In this document: positions 19,275 through 28,775 of the stretch, piece by piece
Numbering within the stretch: position 1 is the stretch's first letter
Layout of the letters: the number at the start of each line of letters is the position of its first letter
IMG/VR virus record: IMGVR_UViG_3300042878_001080
Location: 29,329-93,328 of that record
Reading direction: 5' to 3' (one strand)
Length of the DNA: 64,000 nucleotides
Source: a virus
Position numbers and translations under genes: made by a program
Notes under the pieces: model-generated
Seen by the model: only the letters and a program-made list of their open reading frames with translations
What the model was told of the DNA's origin: nothing
Database searches by the model: none

Positions 19275-20129
19275 ATGGCGACAAATTCATTAGACGCAGT
19301 TTTGGCTCAATACGAGAAAGCAAAACAAGGTAGTAATTCTTCTACTACAAAATTTACACAAGAAGAAAGAATGAAAAAATACTTCGCGGCAATCCTTCCA
19401 GATAAGGAAACTCAAGGCCAAAGAAGATTAAGAATCTTACCAACAACAGATGGTTCTTCACCATTTAAAGAAGTTTGGTACCACGAGATTCAAGTGGATG
19501 GAAAATTCCAAAAATTTTATGACCCGGGAAAAAACGACAATGAACGCTCACCTTTAACTGAGGTTTATGAAGAACTTCGTGAAACAGGAAAAGAAGAGGA
19601 CAAAAAATTATCGTCAAATTATTTGGCTCGTAAATTTTACATTGTTAAAGTTATCGATAGAGATAATGAGGGGGATGGAGTTAAATTTTGGAGATTTAAA
19701 TCTAACTACAAGAATGAAGGTATCTACGACAAAATCATCCCTATCTACAGAAATAAAGGTGATATTGCTGACCCTGAAAAAGGTAGAGACCTTATCTTAG
19801 AATTAACTAAGGCTAAGACTCCAAAGGGAGCTGTTTATACAGTAATTCAAACGGTTATGTATGATGATGCAGCACCAATTCACGAAGATTCAAAACTTGC
19901 TGAAAGTTGGATTAACGATGAATTAACTTGGGAAGATGTTTACTCTAAAAAACCAGTTGAGTACTTAGAATCTATTGCAAGAGGTGAAACTCCAAAATGG
20001 AATTCTGATAAAGGTGGTTATGATTATGGTAACTCTGATGAGTCTGAAGTATCGTTTGGTGGTTCTAAACCATCTGCACCAATTGACCCACAAGCGGGAG
20101 ATGAAGAGGATAATGATATGCCTTTCTAA
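19275..20129 (+). CDS. Single-stranded DNA-binding protein (gp32-like)
   Basis: LRILP...PF.EVWYH, YIVKVIDRD, DIADPEKGRDLIL, acidic tail DEEDNDMPF. Confidence 0.85.
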   Translation: MATNSLDAVLAQYEKAKQGSNSSTTKFTQEERMKKYFAAILPDKETQGQRRLRILPTTDGSSPFKEVWYHEIQVDGKFQKFYDPGKNDNERSPLTEVYEELRETGKEEDKKLSSNYLARKFYIVKVIDRDNEGDGVKFWRFKSNYKNEGIYDKIIPIYRNKGDIADPEKGRDLILELTKAKTPKGAVYTVIQTVMYDDAAPIHEDSKLAESWINDELTWEDVYSKKPVEYLESIARGETPKWNSDKGGYDYGNSDESEVSFGGSKPSAPIDPQAGDEEDNDMPF

Positions 20130-20137
20130 TCAAATAA

Positions 20138-20190
20138 TTTAGACATATAGTTAGGACACTAAGATATACTTGGTGTCCTACTTGTCTAAA
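20138..20190 (+). other. Long imperfect RNA hairpin between SSB and recA
   Basis: TTTAGACA..TAGGACACTAAG-ATATA-CTTGGTGTCCTA..TGTCTAAA. Confidence 0.7.
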
Positions 20191-20219
20191 AAAAATAACA
20201 AATTAAACTAATTAGAAAT

Positions 20220-21209
20220 ATGGCGATTAAAAAGAAAACATTCTCGTTAGAGGATATAAAGGGTAAATTCTCTACAAAAACAAAATACAAACCTGAAAGC
20301 TTCTATAACTGCGGTGAAGCTTTTATGGATGCTTGTGGTTTACCCGGACCTGTAATGGGGGGTATCAATATGATGTTAGGTCATTCAAATACTTCAAAAA
20401 CAACAGCTATGATATTAGCGGCGGCTGATGCTCAGAAAAAAGGACATTTACCGGTGTTTATTATAACGGAAAAAAAATGGTCTTGGGAACACTCGGTTGA
20501 ATTGGGGTTACAAGCGGAACAAAATGAAAATGGTGAGTGGGACGGTCATTTTATTTTTAACGATTCTTTTGAAACAATAGAACAGGCGACTGATTTTATG
20601 AATGATATATTAGATGCTCAAGAAAAAGGTGAATTACCGTATAATGTTGCTTTTTTCTTTGATAGTATTGGTAGTATTCCCTGTCAAATGACTTTTGAAG
20701 GTAAGGGGGGGTCTATGCACAATGCTAGAGTACTATCAGAAAGAATAGGTATGGGGTTACATTCAAGAATAACAAAATCAAAAAAAGAGGATTATCCTTA
20801 TTACAATACTTTAGTTGTAATTGTACAACCTTGGGTTGAATTGCCGGACTCACCATTTGGTCAGCCTTCTATTAAACCTAAAGGCGGTGAGGCGTTATAT
20901 TTGGCATCTTCTTTAGTATTTTTATTTGGTAACCAAAAAAATGCTGGAGTTAATCATATAACCGCAACTAAAAATGGTAGAACCGTATCTTATGCTGTTA
21001 GAACAAAAGTATCAATATTAAAAAATCACGTAAATGGTATTGCGTTTAAGGATGGGAAAATTATTGCGGTTCCTCAAGGATATATTGCGGATACAAAAGA
21101 GGCGTTAGATAAATATAAAAAACAATATTCTAGTTATTGGGGTGCGATACTTAGTGGTACCGGTGAATTGATATTAGATGAAAATAGTGAAGACGATTCT
21201 GACGATTAA
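20220..21209 (+). CDS. recA: RecA/UvsX-like recombinase
   Basis: Variant Walker A GHSNTSKT, FIITE, Walker B FFFDSIG, KGGEAL, KNHV. Confidence 0.85.
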   Translation: MAIKKKTFSLEDIKGKFSTKTKYKPESFYNCGEAFMDACGLPGPVMGGINMMLGHSNTSKTTAMILAAADAQKKGHLPVFIITEKKWSWEHSVELGLQAEQNENGEWDGHFIFNDSFETIEQATDFMNDILDAQEKGELPYNVAFFFDSIGSIPCQMTFEGKGGSMHNARVLSERIGMGLHSRITKSKKEDYPYYNTLVVIVQPWVELPDSPFGQPSIKPKGGEALYLASSLVFLFGNQKNAGVNHITATKNGRTVSYAVRTKVSILKNHVNGIAFKDGKIIAVPQGYIADTKEALDKYKKQYSSYWGAILSGTGELILDENSEDDSDD

Positions 21210-21260
21210 AAAAATTGATACTATTACTACTTTTAAGTATTTTTAAGATATTTATATAAT

Positions 21261-21413
21261 ATGGGAAGACATAAGATTGATGAAGATAAAAAAAAGGTAA
21301 AAGTTTCGGTTGCGATTGACCCTGAATTACCTCAATACTTTAAGGATAAATCTATAAATTTATCTTCCCTTGTTAATAAATTATTAAAAGAATATATTAA
21401 AAATGGAAACTAA
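21261..21413 (+). CDS. Small ribbon-helix-helix-like protein, copy 1 (not in ORF track)
   Basis: MGRHKIDEDKKKVKVSVAIDPELPQYFKDKSINLSSLVNKLLKEYIKNGN; paralog at 56880. Confidence 0.8.
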   Translation: MGRHKIDEDKKKVKVSVAIDPELPQYFKDKSINLSSLVNKLLKEYIKNGN

Positions 21414-21963
21414 AGTTTGTAGTAAATGTAATGTTGAAAAACAAATAACCGATTTTTATAAAAAAAATAATTATTGTAAAATTTGTCATTTAGAAAAAAA
21501 ACAAAATTGGAGAAAAAATAATCCCGAAGAATATAAAAAACAAAACAAAAATTATTGGGAGAGAACTAAAGATGTTCAATCACAAAAAAAGAAAGTTTGG
21601 ATTAAAAATAATCGGGAAAAGTATAATAGTTATTGGACAAATAGAAAAAATATAGACCCAGAATTCAAACTACTAATGAATATGAGGTCTAGATTATGTG
21701 GTTATTTAAAGAAACTTAACATAACCAAAACTAACAAAACTTTTGATATTGTGGGTTGTTCTCCCCAATTTTTAAAAGAACATTTAGAAACCCAATTTAC
21801 TGATGGTATGAGTTGGGATAACAGGAGTGAGTGGCATATTGACCACATCATTCCATTATCATCGGCAAAAACAGAAGACGAACTTTATAAGTTGTGTCAT
21901 TATGAAAATCTTCAACCATTATGGGCTGAGGATAATTTGAAAAAGAGTAACAAAATTTTATAG
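21403..21963 (+). CDS. Free-standing HNH endonuclease with N-terminal Zn ribbon, copy 1
   Basis: CSKC..CKIC; WHIDHIIP...NLQPLW..DNLKK. Confidence 0.9.
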   Translation: METKVCSKCNVEKQITDFYKKNNYCKICHLEKKQNWRKNNPEEYKKQNKNYWERTKDVQSQKKKVWIKNNREKYNSYWTNRKNIDPEFKLLMNMRSRLCGYLKKLNITKTNKTFDIVGCSPQFLKEHLETQFTDGMSWDNRSEWHIDHIIPLSSAKTEDELYKLCHYENLQPLWAEDNLKKSNKIL

Positions 21964-21984
21964 TAACGAATACAAACAAAACAA

Positions 21985-22986
21985 GTGACTAAAACACTAT
22001 TAGTGGATGGAAACAATCTACTTAAGATTGGGTTTTGCGGGGTTAAAGACTTTTACCACAACGGAAAACACATAGGAGGATTATGGCATTTTATCAATAC
22101 AATTAGACGTTTTATAGACGAACAAAATTTTGATAAGGTTGTTGTTATGTGGGATGGTGATAATAATTCATCCGCCCGAAAACTTATTTACCCCCAATAT
22201 AAAGAAAAACGACGTATAACCGAAGATTTCAAAGATGAATCTTTTGAAGAACAGAAAGAGAGAATCAAACAATACTTGGAGGAATGTTATATAAGACAAA
22301 TCAACGTAGATAATAACGAAGGCGACGATTTGATTGCTTACTACTGCCAAATCTCGGAAAACGAACAAAAGACTATCTATTCGGGGGATAAAGACCTTAC
22401 CCAACTTATATCGGATAAGGTATCGGTATATTATCCAAGAACCAAAGAGACTTATCATTTAGGAAGTAAAATCAAATGTGATTTTTACGAATTTCCCCAC
22501 GAAAACATCAGGACTTATAAAATTCTATCTGGAGATAAATCGGACAATATTGACGGTATTTCAGGGTTGGGTGAGAAAACTCTTATAAAGTTTTTTCCTG
22601 AGCTACTTGAAAAAACCGTTTCTATTACCGATATTTTAGAAAAGGCTGAAATTCTACTAAAGGAAAACAAGGGTAATAAGACATTACAAAATCTTTTATC
22701 CGGAAAAACTAAAAGTGGTGTGTATGGTGATGAGTTTTTTGTTATTAACGAAAAAATTATAAATTTATCAAACCCATTAATTACTGATGGTGCTAAAGAA
22801 CTTGTTGAATTATATTATAAAGAAACCTTAGACCCTGATGGAAGGGGTCATAGGGGACTTATTAAAATGATGATGGAAGATGGGTTTTTTAAGTATCTAC
22901 CGAAGGGGGATGACGCGTGGGTTAATTTTGTTAGACCCTTTTTAAAACTAACAAGAAAAGAAAAAAGAAATTATAAAAACAATTAA
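21985..22986 (+). CDS. 5'-3' exonuclease (T4 RNase H / PolI N-terminal-like)
   Basis: LLVDGNNL, EGDDLIA, SGDKDLTQL, GDKSDNIDGISGLGEKT; GTG start. Confidence 0.92.
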   Translation: MTKTLLVDGNNLLKIGFCGVKDFYHNGKHIGGLWHFINTIRRFIDEQNFDKVVVMWDGDNNSSARKLIYPQYKEKRRITEDFKDESFEEQKERIKQYLEECYIRQINVDNNEGDDLIAYYCQISENEQKTIYSGDKDLTQLISDKVSVYYPRTKETYHLGSKIKCDFYEFPHENIRTYKILSGDKSDNIDGISGLGEKTLIKFFPELLEKTVSITDILEKAEILLKENKGNKTLQNLLSGKTKSGVYGDEFFVINEKIINLSNPLITDGAKELVELYYKETLDPDGRGHRGLIKMMMEDGFFKYLPKGDDAWVNFVRPFLKLTRKEKRNYKNN

Positions 22987-22994
22987 TTAAAACT

Positions 22995-23447
22995 ATGAAA
23001 GACCAAGATTCGGTAAAATTAGAATTCTTAATGATGGTAAATGATAACATCATTGTGCAGAGATTTTTTAACGTAAGAGAGTTCAATAATGAGGGAAAAA
23101 ACTCGTTAGAACTTTATGACTTACTTCGTGAATTTAAAGACGATATTCAAACTCAATTGTCGTTGAAAACCGTAACGTATATGACGGATAATATGTACGA
23201 AATTGTGAACAATCCTGCTATTTTGGAAACGTCTTATACTGACGGTCCGGAGTACTTCAACATCTTCATCAAACAAAATGATGTGACAATTTGTCATAGA
23301 CAGGTGGATGCTAAAGTATACCCTCCAAAGATAAGATATACTGTGGATGTACGCCCACACCTAAAAAACCTATTAATGAATTTAACTGACATTTTTTCGT
23401 CAAAAGATTTAACAAAAAAATATCTAGAAGTTAACCTAAGTGTATAG
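22995..23447 (+). CDS. Hypothetical protein
   Basis: 150-aa ORF in the replication operon. Confidence 0.75.
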   Translation: MKDQDSVKLEFLMMVNDNIIVQRFFNVREFNNEGKNSLELYDLLREFKDDIQTQLSLKTVTYMTDNMYEIVNNPAILETSYTDGPEYFNIFIKQNDVTICHRQVDAKVYPPKIRYTVDVRPHLKNLLMNLTDIFSSKDLTKKYLEVNLSV

Positions 23448-23476
23448 TATTTATTAATACACTAAAAGAAAAATAT

Positions 23477-24862
23477 ATGGCGTCAAACAAAAATTTTGAG
23501 TATCTAGGTAGTACATTTCAGATACAATTATTAAACCAAATCATTATCGATAAAGACTTCTCAAGGTCAATTATAGATGTGATTGAAACAAGTTATTTTG
23601 AGAATAAATATTTCAAATTAATCATTCAAATGATTAAAGAGTATTACACAAAATACGAACACACACCAACCTTTGACACCTTAGAACAAATCACAAAATC
23701 TGAGATACAACAACCTCTGGCGGCAAAAATCATTATTGATACCCTTACAAAAGTTAAGGAGTCCACGTTAGAAGGTGCTGAGTTTGTACAAGAAAAATCT
23801 ATGAAATTTTGTAAACAACAAGAGTTACAAAAAGTAATGGTTAAAGCTCAAAAAATCATCGATACTGGTGAGTTTGAAAGTTATGATACATTAGAGGAAA
23901 TGGTTAGTAAGGCATTACAAGTAGGGGAACACGATAAGGGAACTGAAAGTGTTTTTAGTAACTTAGATGATGTTTTAAACGAAGATTATCGTCATCCGAT
24001 ACCGATGGGTATTCCGGGGATAGATAGACTCTTAAAAGGAGGGTTGGCTAAAGGTGAAATCGGTGTTATTTTAGCACCAACAGGTGTAGGTAAATCTACT
24101 TTACTTACAAAAATTGCAAATCATTCATTTAATTTGGGGTATAATGTTTTACAAATATTCTTTGAGGATAATCCGAAGATTATCCAACGAAAACACATTA
24201 CATTATGGACAAAAATCCATCCGGATGAATTGTCTATAAGAAAAGATGAAGTTATGGTTAAAGTTCAAGAAATTAAGGAGAAAATGCCTAATGAATTAAT
24301 ACTTAAAAAACTTCCATCTGATACTATAACAATGATGCAAATTAAGAATCAAATTAGAAAAATGATTTCTGAAGGTATTAAAATTGATATGGTATTATTG
24401 GACTACATTGACTGTGTGGTTCCGGATAAAAACTTAGGAGATGAATGGAAATCTGAAGGGTCTGTGATGAGAGGTTTTGAATCTATGTGTCACGAACTTG
24501 ATTTAGTTGGATGGACTGCAACTCAGGGTAATAGAAGTTCAATATCCTCAGATGTTGTAACTACCGACCAAATGGGTGGTTCTATCAAAAAAGCTCAGGT
24601 TGGACACGTAATCATTTCCGTGGCTAAATCTCTACAGCAAAAAGAAATGAAACTAGCGACGATAGCAATTACTAAATCACGTATTGGTGATGATGGTGTT
24701 GTCTTTGAGAATTGTAAATTCGATAATGGTATGTTAGAGATTGATACTGAGAGTTCAGTAACATTCTTAGGGTTAGAAGAACAAACTGAAGAAAGAAATA
24801 GACAGAGAATCAAGGACTTGTTAGATAAGAGAAAAGAAAAAAACCAACAACAAATTAATTAA
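23477..24862 (+). CDS. dnaB: Replicative DnaB/gp41-like helicase
   Basis: [34 protein letters not shown]. Confidence 0.92.
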   Translation: MASNKNFEYLGSTFQIQLLNQIIIDKDFSRSIIDVIETSYFENKYFKLIIQMIKEYYTKYEHTPTFDTLEQITKSEIQQPLAAKIIIDTLTKVKESTLEGAEFVQEKSMKFCKQQELQKVMVKAQKIIDTGEFESYDTLEEMVSKALQVGEHDKGTESVFSNLDDVLNEDYRHPIPMGIPGIDRLLKGGLAKGEIGVILAPTGVGKSTLLTKIANHSFNLGYNVLQIFFEDNPKIIQRKHITLWTKIHPDELSIRKDEVMVKVQEIKEKMPNELILKKLPSDTITMMQIKNQIRKMISEGIKIDMVLLDYIDCVVPDKNLGDEWKSEGSVMRGFESMCHELDLVGWTATQGNRSSISSDVVTTDQMGGSIKKAQVGHVIISVAKSLQQKEMKLATIAITKSRIGDDGVVFENCKFDNGMLEIDTESSVTFLGLEEQTEERNRQRIKDLLDKRKEKNQQQIN

Positions 24863-24863
24863 T

Positions 24864-25814
24864 ATGAAAGAAAAAATATTAGAACCAAATAATGAGAGAT
24901 TTGTTATCTTCCCAATAGAACATAATGATATTTGGGAATTTTACAAACAACACCAAGCGGCGTTTTGGACAGCGGAAGAAGTTGATTTATCTAATGATAT
25001 TAGAGATTGGGAAAACCTATCTGATAATGAGAGATATTTCCTTAAAAATATATTAGCATTCTTTGCGGCATCTGATGGTATCGTGAATGAAAATTTGGCT
25101 GAGAACTTCTTAAAAGAAGTTCAATATGCTGAAGCGAAGTTCTTCTACGGATTCCAAATTATGATGGAGAATATTCACTCCTTAATGTATTCATTATTAA
25201 TAGATACTTATGTGTCTGATGAGACAGAAAAAGATGAATGTTTCCACGCAATAGATAGATTACCTGCTGTTCAGAAAAAAGCTAGTTGGGCATTGAAATG
25301 GATAGAAAGTTCGTCTTTTCAAGAAAGATTAGTAGCGTTTGCGGCGGTTGAGGGTATCTTCTTCTCAGGTTCATTCTGTTCAATCTTTTGGATGAAATCA
25401 AGAGGGATTATGCAAGGATTATGTAATGCTAATAGCCTCATCTTCAAAGATGAGAACTTACATTGTGATTTTGCGATTCATTTGATTAACAATCATATTG
25501 AAAACAAACCAACGGAGAAAAGAATTAAAGAAATTTTATTATCAGCATTAGAAATTGAAAAAGAGTTTATTACTGAGTCATTACCTGTATCTTTAATTGG
25601 TATGAATTCAAATTTAATGAAACAATATCTTGAATTTGTAACTGATGGACTATTAGTTAAGTTTGGATGTAAAAAACATTTTAATGTTGAACAACCATTT
25701 AAATTTATGGAACAAATCGCTGTTGAAACAAAGGGTAACTTTTTTGAATCAAGAACAATGGAGTATCAAAAAGCTAAGTTAGGAGAATCATTAACATTTA
25801 CAGACGATTTTTAA
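24864..25814 (+). CDS. nrdB: Ribonucleotide reductase class Ia beta subunit
   Basis: [49 protein letters not shown]. Confidence 0.97.
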   Translation: MKEKILEPNNERFVIFPIEHNDIWEFYKQHQAAFWTAEEVDLSNDIRDWENLSDNERYFLKNILAFFAASDGIVNENLAENFLKEVQYAEAKFFYGFQIMMENIHSLMYSLLIDTYVSDETEKDECFHAIDRLPAVQKKASWALKWIESSSFQERLVAFAAVEGIFFSGSFCSIFWMKSRGIMQGLCNANSLIFKDENLHCDFAIHLINNHIENKPTEKRIKEILLSALEIEKEFITESLPVSLIGMNSNLMKQYLEFVTDGLLVKFGCKKHFNVEQPFKFMEQIAVETKGNFFESRTMEYQKAKLGESLTFTDDF

Positions 25815-25815
25815 T

Positions 25816-28230
25816 ATGATGTCACTAAAAATAAGAAAAAGAGGGGGTGATGAGGTATCCTTTAACCCCCAAAAAATTTACAATAGAGTTAAACAAGCTT
25901 CTAAAGGGTTAAAAGTTAATGCTGATGAGGTGTTCATTAAAGTGATTACTTCGGTCCCAACTGAAGGTGTTATTACAACTAAAGAGTTGGATAAATTGGT
26001 TTACGAGATTGCTGCGGCTTATACTGGTAGTCATCACGATTACTCAAGACTAGCGTCATCTGTGGCAATATCTGCGTATCACAAAGAGACTGATGAAAGT
26101 TTCTGTAATACAATGAAAAGTTTATATGACGATGATATTATTAATGATATCTTAATCAATACAATTACTCAATACGGTCCTGAAAATATTGATTCGGTAA
26201 TAAATCACGAGAATGATTACAATTTTGATTATTTTGCGTGGAAATCATTACAGGAAATGTATTTGTTGAAAACACCTAAAGGTGTTGTAGTTGAAAGACC
26301 TCAACATATGTATATGAGAGTTGCTTTATGGGTGACTAAATCATTTGAAGAGGCGGTTGAATACTATAATTCGTTATCGAATCAACTTATCTCTCCGGCA
26401 ACACCAATTATGATTAATGCGGGTACCAAAACACCTCAACTAGCGTCTTGTGTGTTGAAGTACAATAACGGAGATTCAAGACAAGGTTTGTTGGATACAT
26501 TTAATGACATTTCAACTTATTCGTCAGATGCGGCTGGAATTGGGTTATGTATGTCTAACATTCGTAGTAAAGAAAGTCGTATTAACTCATCAGGAGGATT
26601 TGCGGGTGGTTTATTGAAATACCTAAAGATTGTTAATGAAGGGTTAAGATTCTTCAACCAACAAGGAAGAAGACCGGGTAGTGCTGCTATCTACATAGAA
26701 CCTTGGCATAAGGATATTATGGACTTACTTGAAATCAAAAAGAATACGGGTGCTGAGGAGTTGAGAGCAAAAGATTTATTTACCTCAATTTGGTTACCGG
26801 ACAACTTTATGAACGCAGTTAAGAACAATGATGATTGGTATTTGTTCTGTCCTAACGAAATTATCAAAGCGGGTATCAAACCATTACAAGAAGCTTACGG
26901 TGATGAGTATGAATCAAATTACAACAAAGCAGTTGAACTTGGTTTAGGTAAGAAAGTAAAAGCACAAACAATTTGGAATAAGATTATTGAATCTCAGGTT
27001 GAAACCGGAGTTCCTTACTTATGTTCTAAAGATAGTGCTAACAGAAAAACTAACCATCAAAACATCGGAGTGATTAAACAATCTAACTTATGTAATGAGA
27101 TTTACCAATTCACCGATGAGAACACCACAGCAATCTGTACGTTATCATCTATGGTATTAAAGAACTTCATCATAAAAGGAGAATTTGATTTCAAATTACT
27201 TTATAGTGAAGTTAGAAAGGTTGTTAGAGCACTTAACAAAGTTGTTGATATCAATAGTTATTCAACTGAACAAGGAAGAAAAGGTGGGTTGGAACAAAGA
27301 GCGATTGCCATTGGAACACAAGGTCTTGCTGATGTATTCTTCTTAATGGATTATATCTTTACAACTGAAGAAGCAAAGAAACTTAATAAAGAGATTTTTG
27401 AAACAATCTACTTCGCAGCAATCACTGAAAGTATGAATCTATGTAAAACAGGTGAATACAAACCATACGACTTTTTTAATGGGTCACCAATGTCAAAAGG
27501 TATATTCCAATTTGATATGTGGGGGTTAGATTATGAAGGTTTAGGTGGAATGTGGGATTGGGACTCACTTAAATTAGAAGTGTCTAACCACGGTGTTTGT
27601 AATTCGTTATTCACGGCTCAGATGCCAGTTGCGTCTTCGGCTAAGATTACAGGTTCATTTGAAATGACAGAACCGGCTCACTCGGCATTATTTAATCGTC
27701 GTGTTGTCGGTGGTGAAATTTTAATTGTTAATAAATACTTAATTAACGATTTTGAAAAGTTAGGTGTTTGGTGTGAGGACTTGAAAAATGAGATTATAAT
27801 GAATGAAGGGTCAGTACAAAATATTAATTTTAATCATTACTTGGACCCGGAAGATAAAAATTATAATAAGAAGGTTAAACGAATAGAACATTTAATTCCA
27901 AAATACAAAACAATTTGGGAGATATCTCAAAGAGAATTGATTGATATGGCTGCGGACAGAGCACCATTCATAGACCAATCACAGTCAATGAATATCTATA
28001 TGTCTGAACCAACATTATCAAAGATTTCATCATCACACTTCCATTCTTGGGGTAAAGGGTTGAAAACTCTTTGTTATTATGTTAGAACAAAGGCGATATC
28101 AACCGGAGCTAAACACTTAGCTGTTGATATATCAAAAGTGAGTCAATCAAAACCAATTGAGAAACCAACCGTTGATTTAACACAAAAACCTTCGGATTCC
28201 GAGTTTGAGTGTTTCGGATGTGGTTCTTAA
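25816..28230 (+). CDS. nrdA: Ribonucleotide reductase class Ia alpha subunit with ATP cone
   Basis: ERPQHMYMRVA, QLASC, SNLCNEI, DQSQSMN, LKTLCYY, C-terminal CFGCGS. Confidence 0.97.
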   Translation: MMSLKIRKRGGDEVSFNPQKIYNRVKQASKGLKVNADEVFIKVITSVPTEGVITTKELDKLVYEIAAAYTGSHHDYSRLASSVAISAYHKETDESFCNTMKSLYDDDIINDILINTITQYGPENIDSVINHENDYNFDYFAWKSLQEMYLLKTPKGVVVERPQHMYMRVALWVTKSFEEAVEYYNSLSNQLISPATPIMINAGTKTPQLASCVLKYNNGDSRQGLLDTFNDISTYSSDAAGIGLCMSNIRSKESRINSSGGFAGGLLKYLKIVNEGLRFFNQQGRRPGSAAIYIEPWHKDIMDLLEIKKNTGAEELRAKDLFTSIWLPDNFMNAVKNNDDWYLFCPNEIIKAGIKPLQEAYGDEYESNYNKAVELGLGKKVKAQTIWNKIIESQVETGVPYLCSKDSANRKTNHQNIGVIKQSNLCNEIYQFTDENTTAICTLSSMVLKNFIIKGEFDFKLLYSEVRKVVRALNKVVDINSYSTEQGRKGGLEQRAIAIGTQGLADVFFLMDYIFTTEEAKKLNKEIFETIYFAAITESMNLCKTGEYKPYDFFNGSPMSKGIFQFDMWGLDYEGLGGMWDWDSLKLEVSNHGVCNSLFTAQMPVASSAKITGSFEMTEPAHSALFNRRVVGGEILIVNKYLINDFEKLGVWCEDLKNEIIMNEGSVQNINFNHYLDPEDKNYNKKVKRIEHLIPKYKTIWEISQRELIDMAADRAPFIDQSQSMNIYMSEPTLSKISSSHFHSWGKGLKTLCYYVRTKAISTGAKHLAVDISKVSQSKPIEKPTVDLTQKPSDSEFECFGCGS

Positions 28231-28237
28231 ATAAAAT

Positions 28238-28270
28238 AATCACGACATTAGTGTCGTGATTTTTTATTTT
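28238..28270 (+). terminator. Terminator after nrdA
   Basis: AATCACGACA-TTAG-TGTCGTGATT followed by a T-run. Confidence 0.8.
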
Positions 28271-28312
28271 AATCTATTTATAAGAAATAATCACGACACT
28301 ATATTTATAGTT

Positions 28313-28771
28313 ATGGCAGATGGAACAACATATGGGTTAACTTTTCCTTTCAGAGATTCTTTTGATGGGAAATATTTAGATTTATCGGATTATAATGACC
28401 AAGAGATTAGGTCTAATTTAATACATCTTTTATTATCTAAAAAGGGTAGTAGATATTATTTACCTGATTTTGGTACAAGATTATATGAGTTCATATTTGA
28501 ACCATTAGATGGACCTACTTTTTCAGAAATAGAAACAGAAATAAGAGAATCTGCGGGTATATATCTTCCGGGAATAAGAATAACTAAAATTAGTATTACC
28601 GCGGCATCCGATGGTGATGAAGATAAAGGAAGTTATATAAACGATAACGATGAAAGAGTATTTAGAGTACCTAACATCTCAAATAATGAACATACTGCAA
28701 AAGTTAAAATTGATTATATCATAAATAATGATGTTTTTAATAGTAGTGACTTTGTAATTATTAATATATAA
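28313..28771 (+). CDS. Baseplate wedge protein gp25-like
   Basis: IRSNLIHLLLSKKGSRYYLPDFGTRLYEFIFEP; start moved to ATG 28313 (MADGTT). Confidence 0.9.
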   Translation: MADGTTYGLTFPFRDSFDGKYLDLSDYNDQEIRSNLIHLLLSKKGSRYYLPDFGTRLYEFIFEPLDGPTFSEIETEIRESAGIYLPGIRITKISITAASDGDEDKGSYINDNDERVFRVPNISNNEHTAKVKIDYIINNDVFNSSDFVIINI

Positions 28772-28775
28772 AATT

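Noticed and set aside
20220-28230. Introns or inteins in recA, helicase or RNR genes
   Set aside because: Genes are continuous and of ordinary length; both HNH genes are intergenic
28256-28312. GTG start for the gp25-like gene (similarly the track starts at 52665, 55864, 61527)
   Set aside because: The extensions run through a terminator, promoter motif or upstream gene; downstream ATGs fit better
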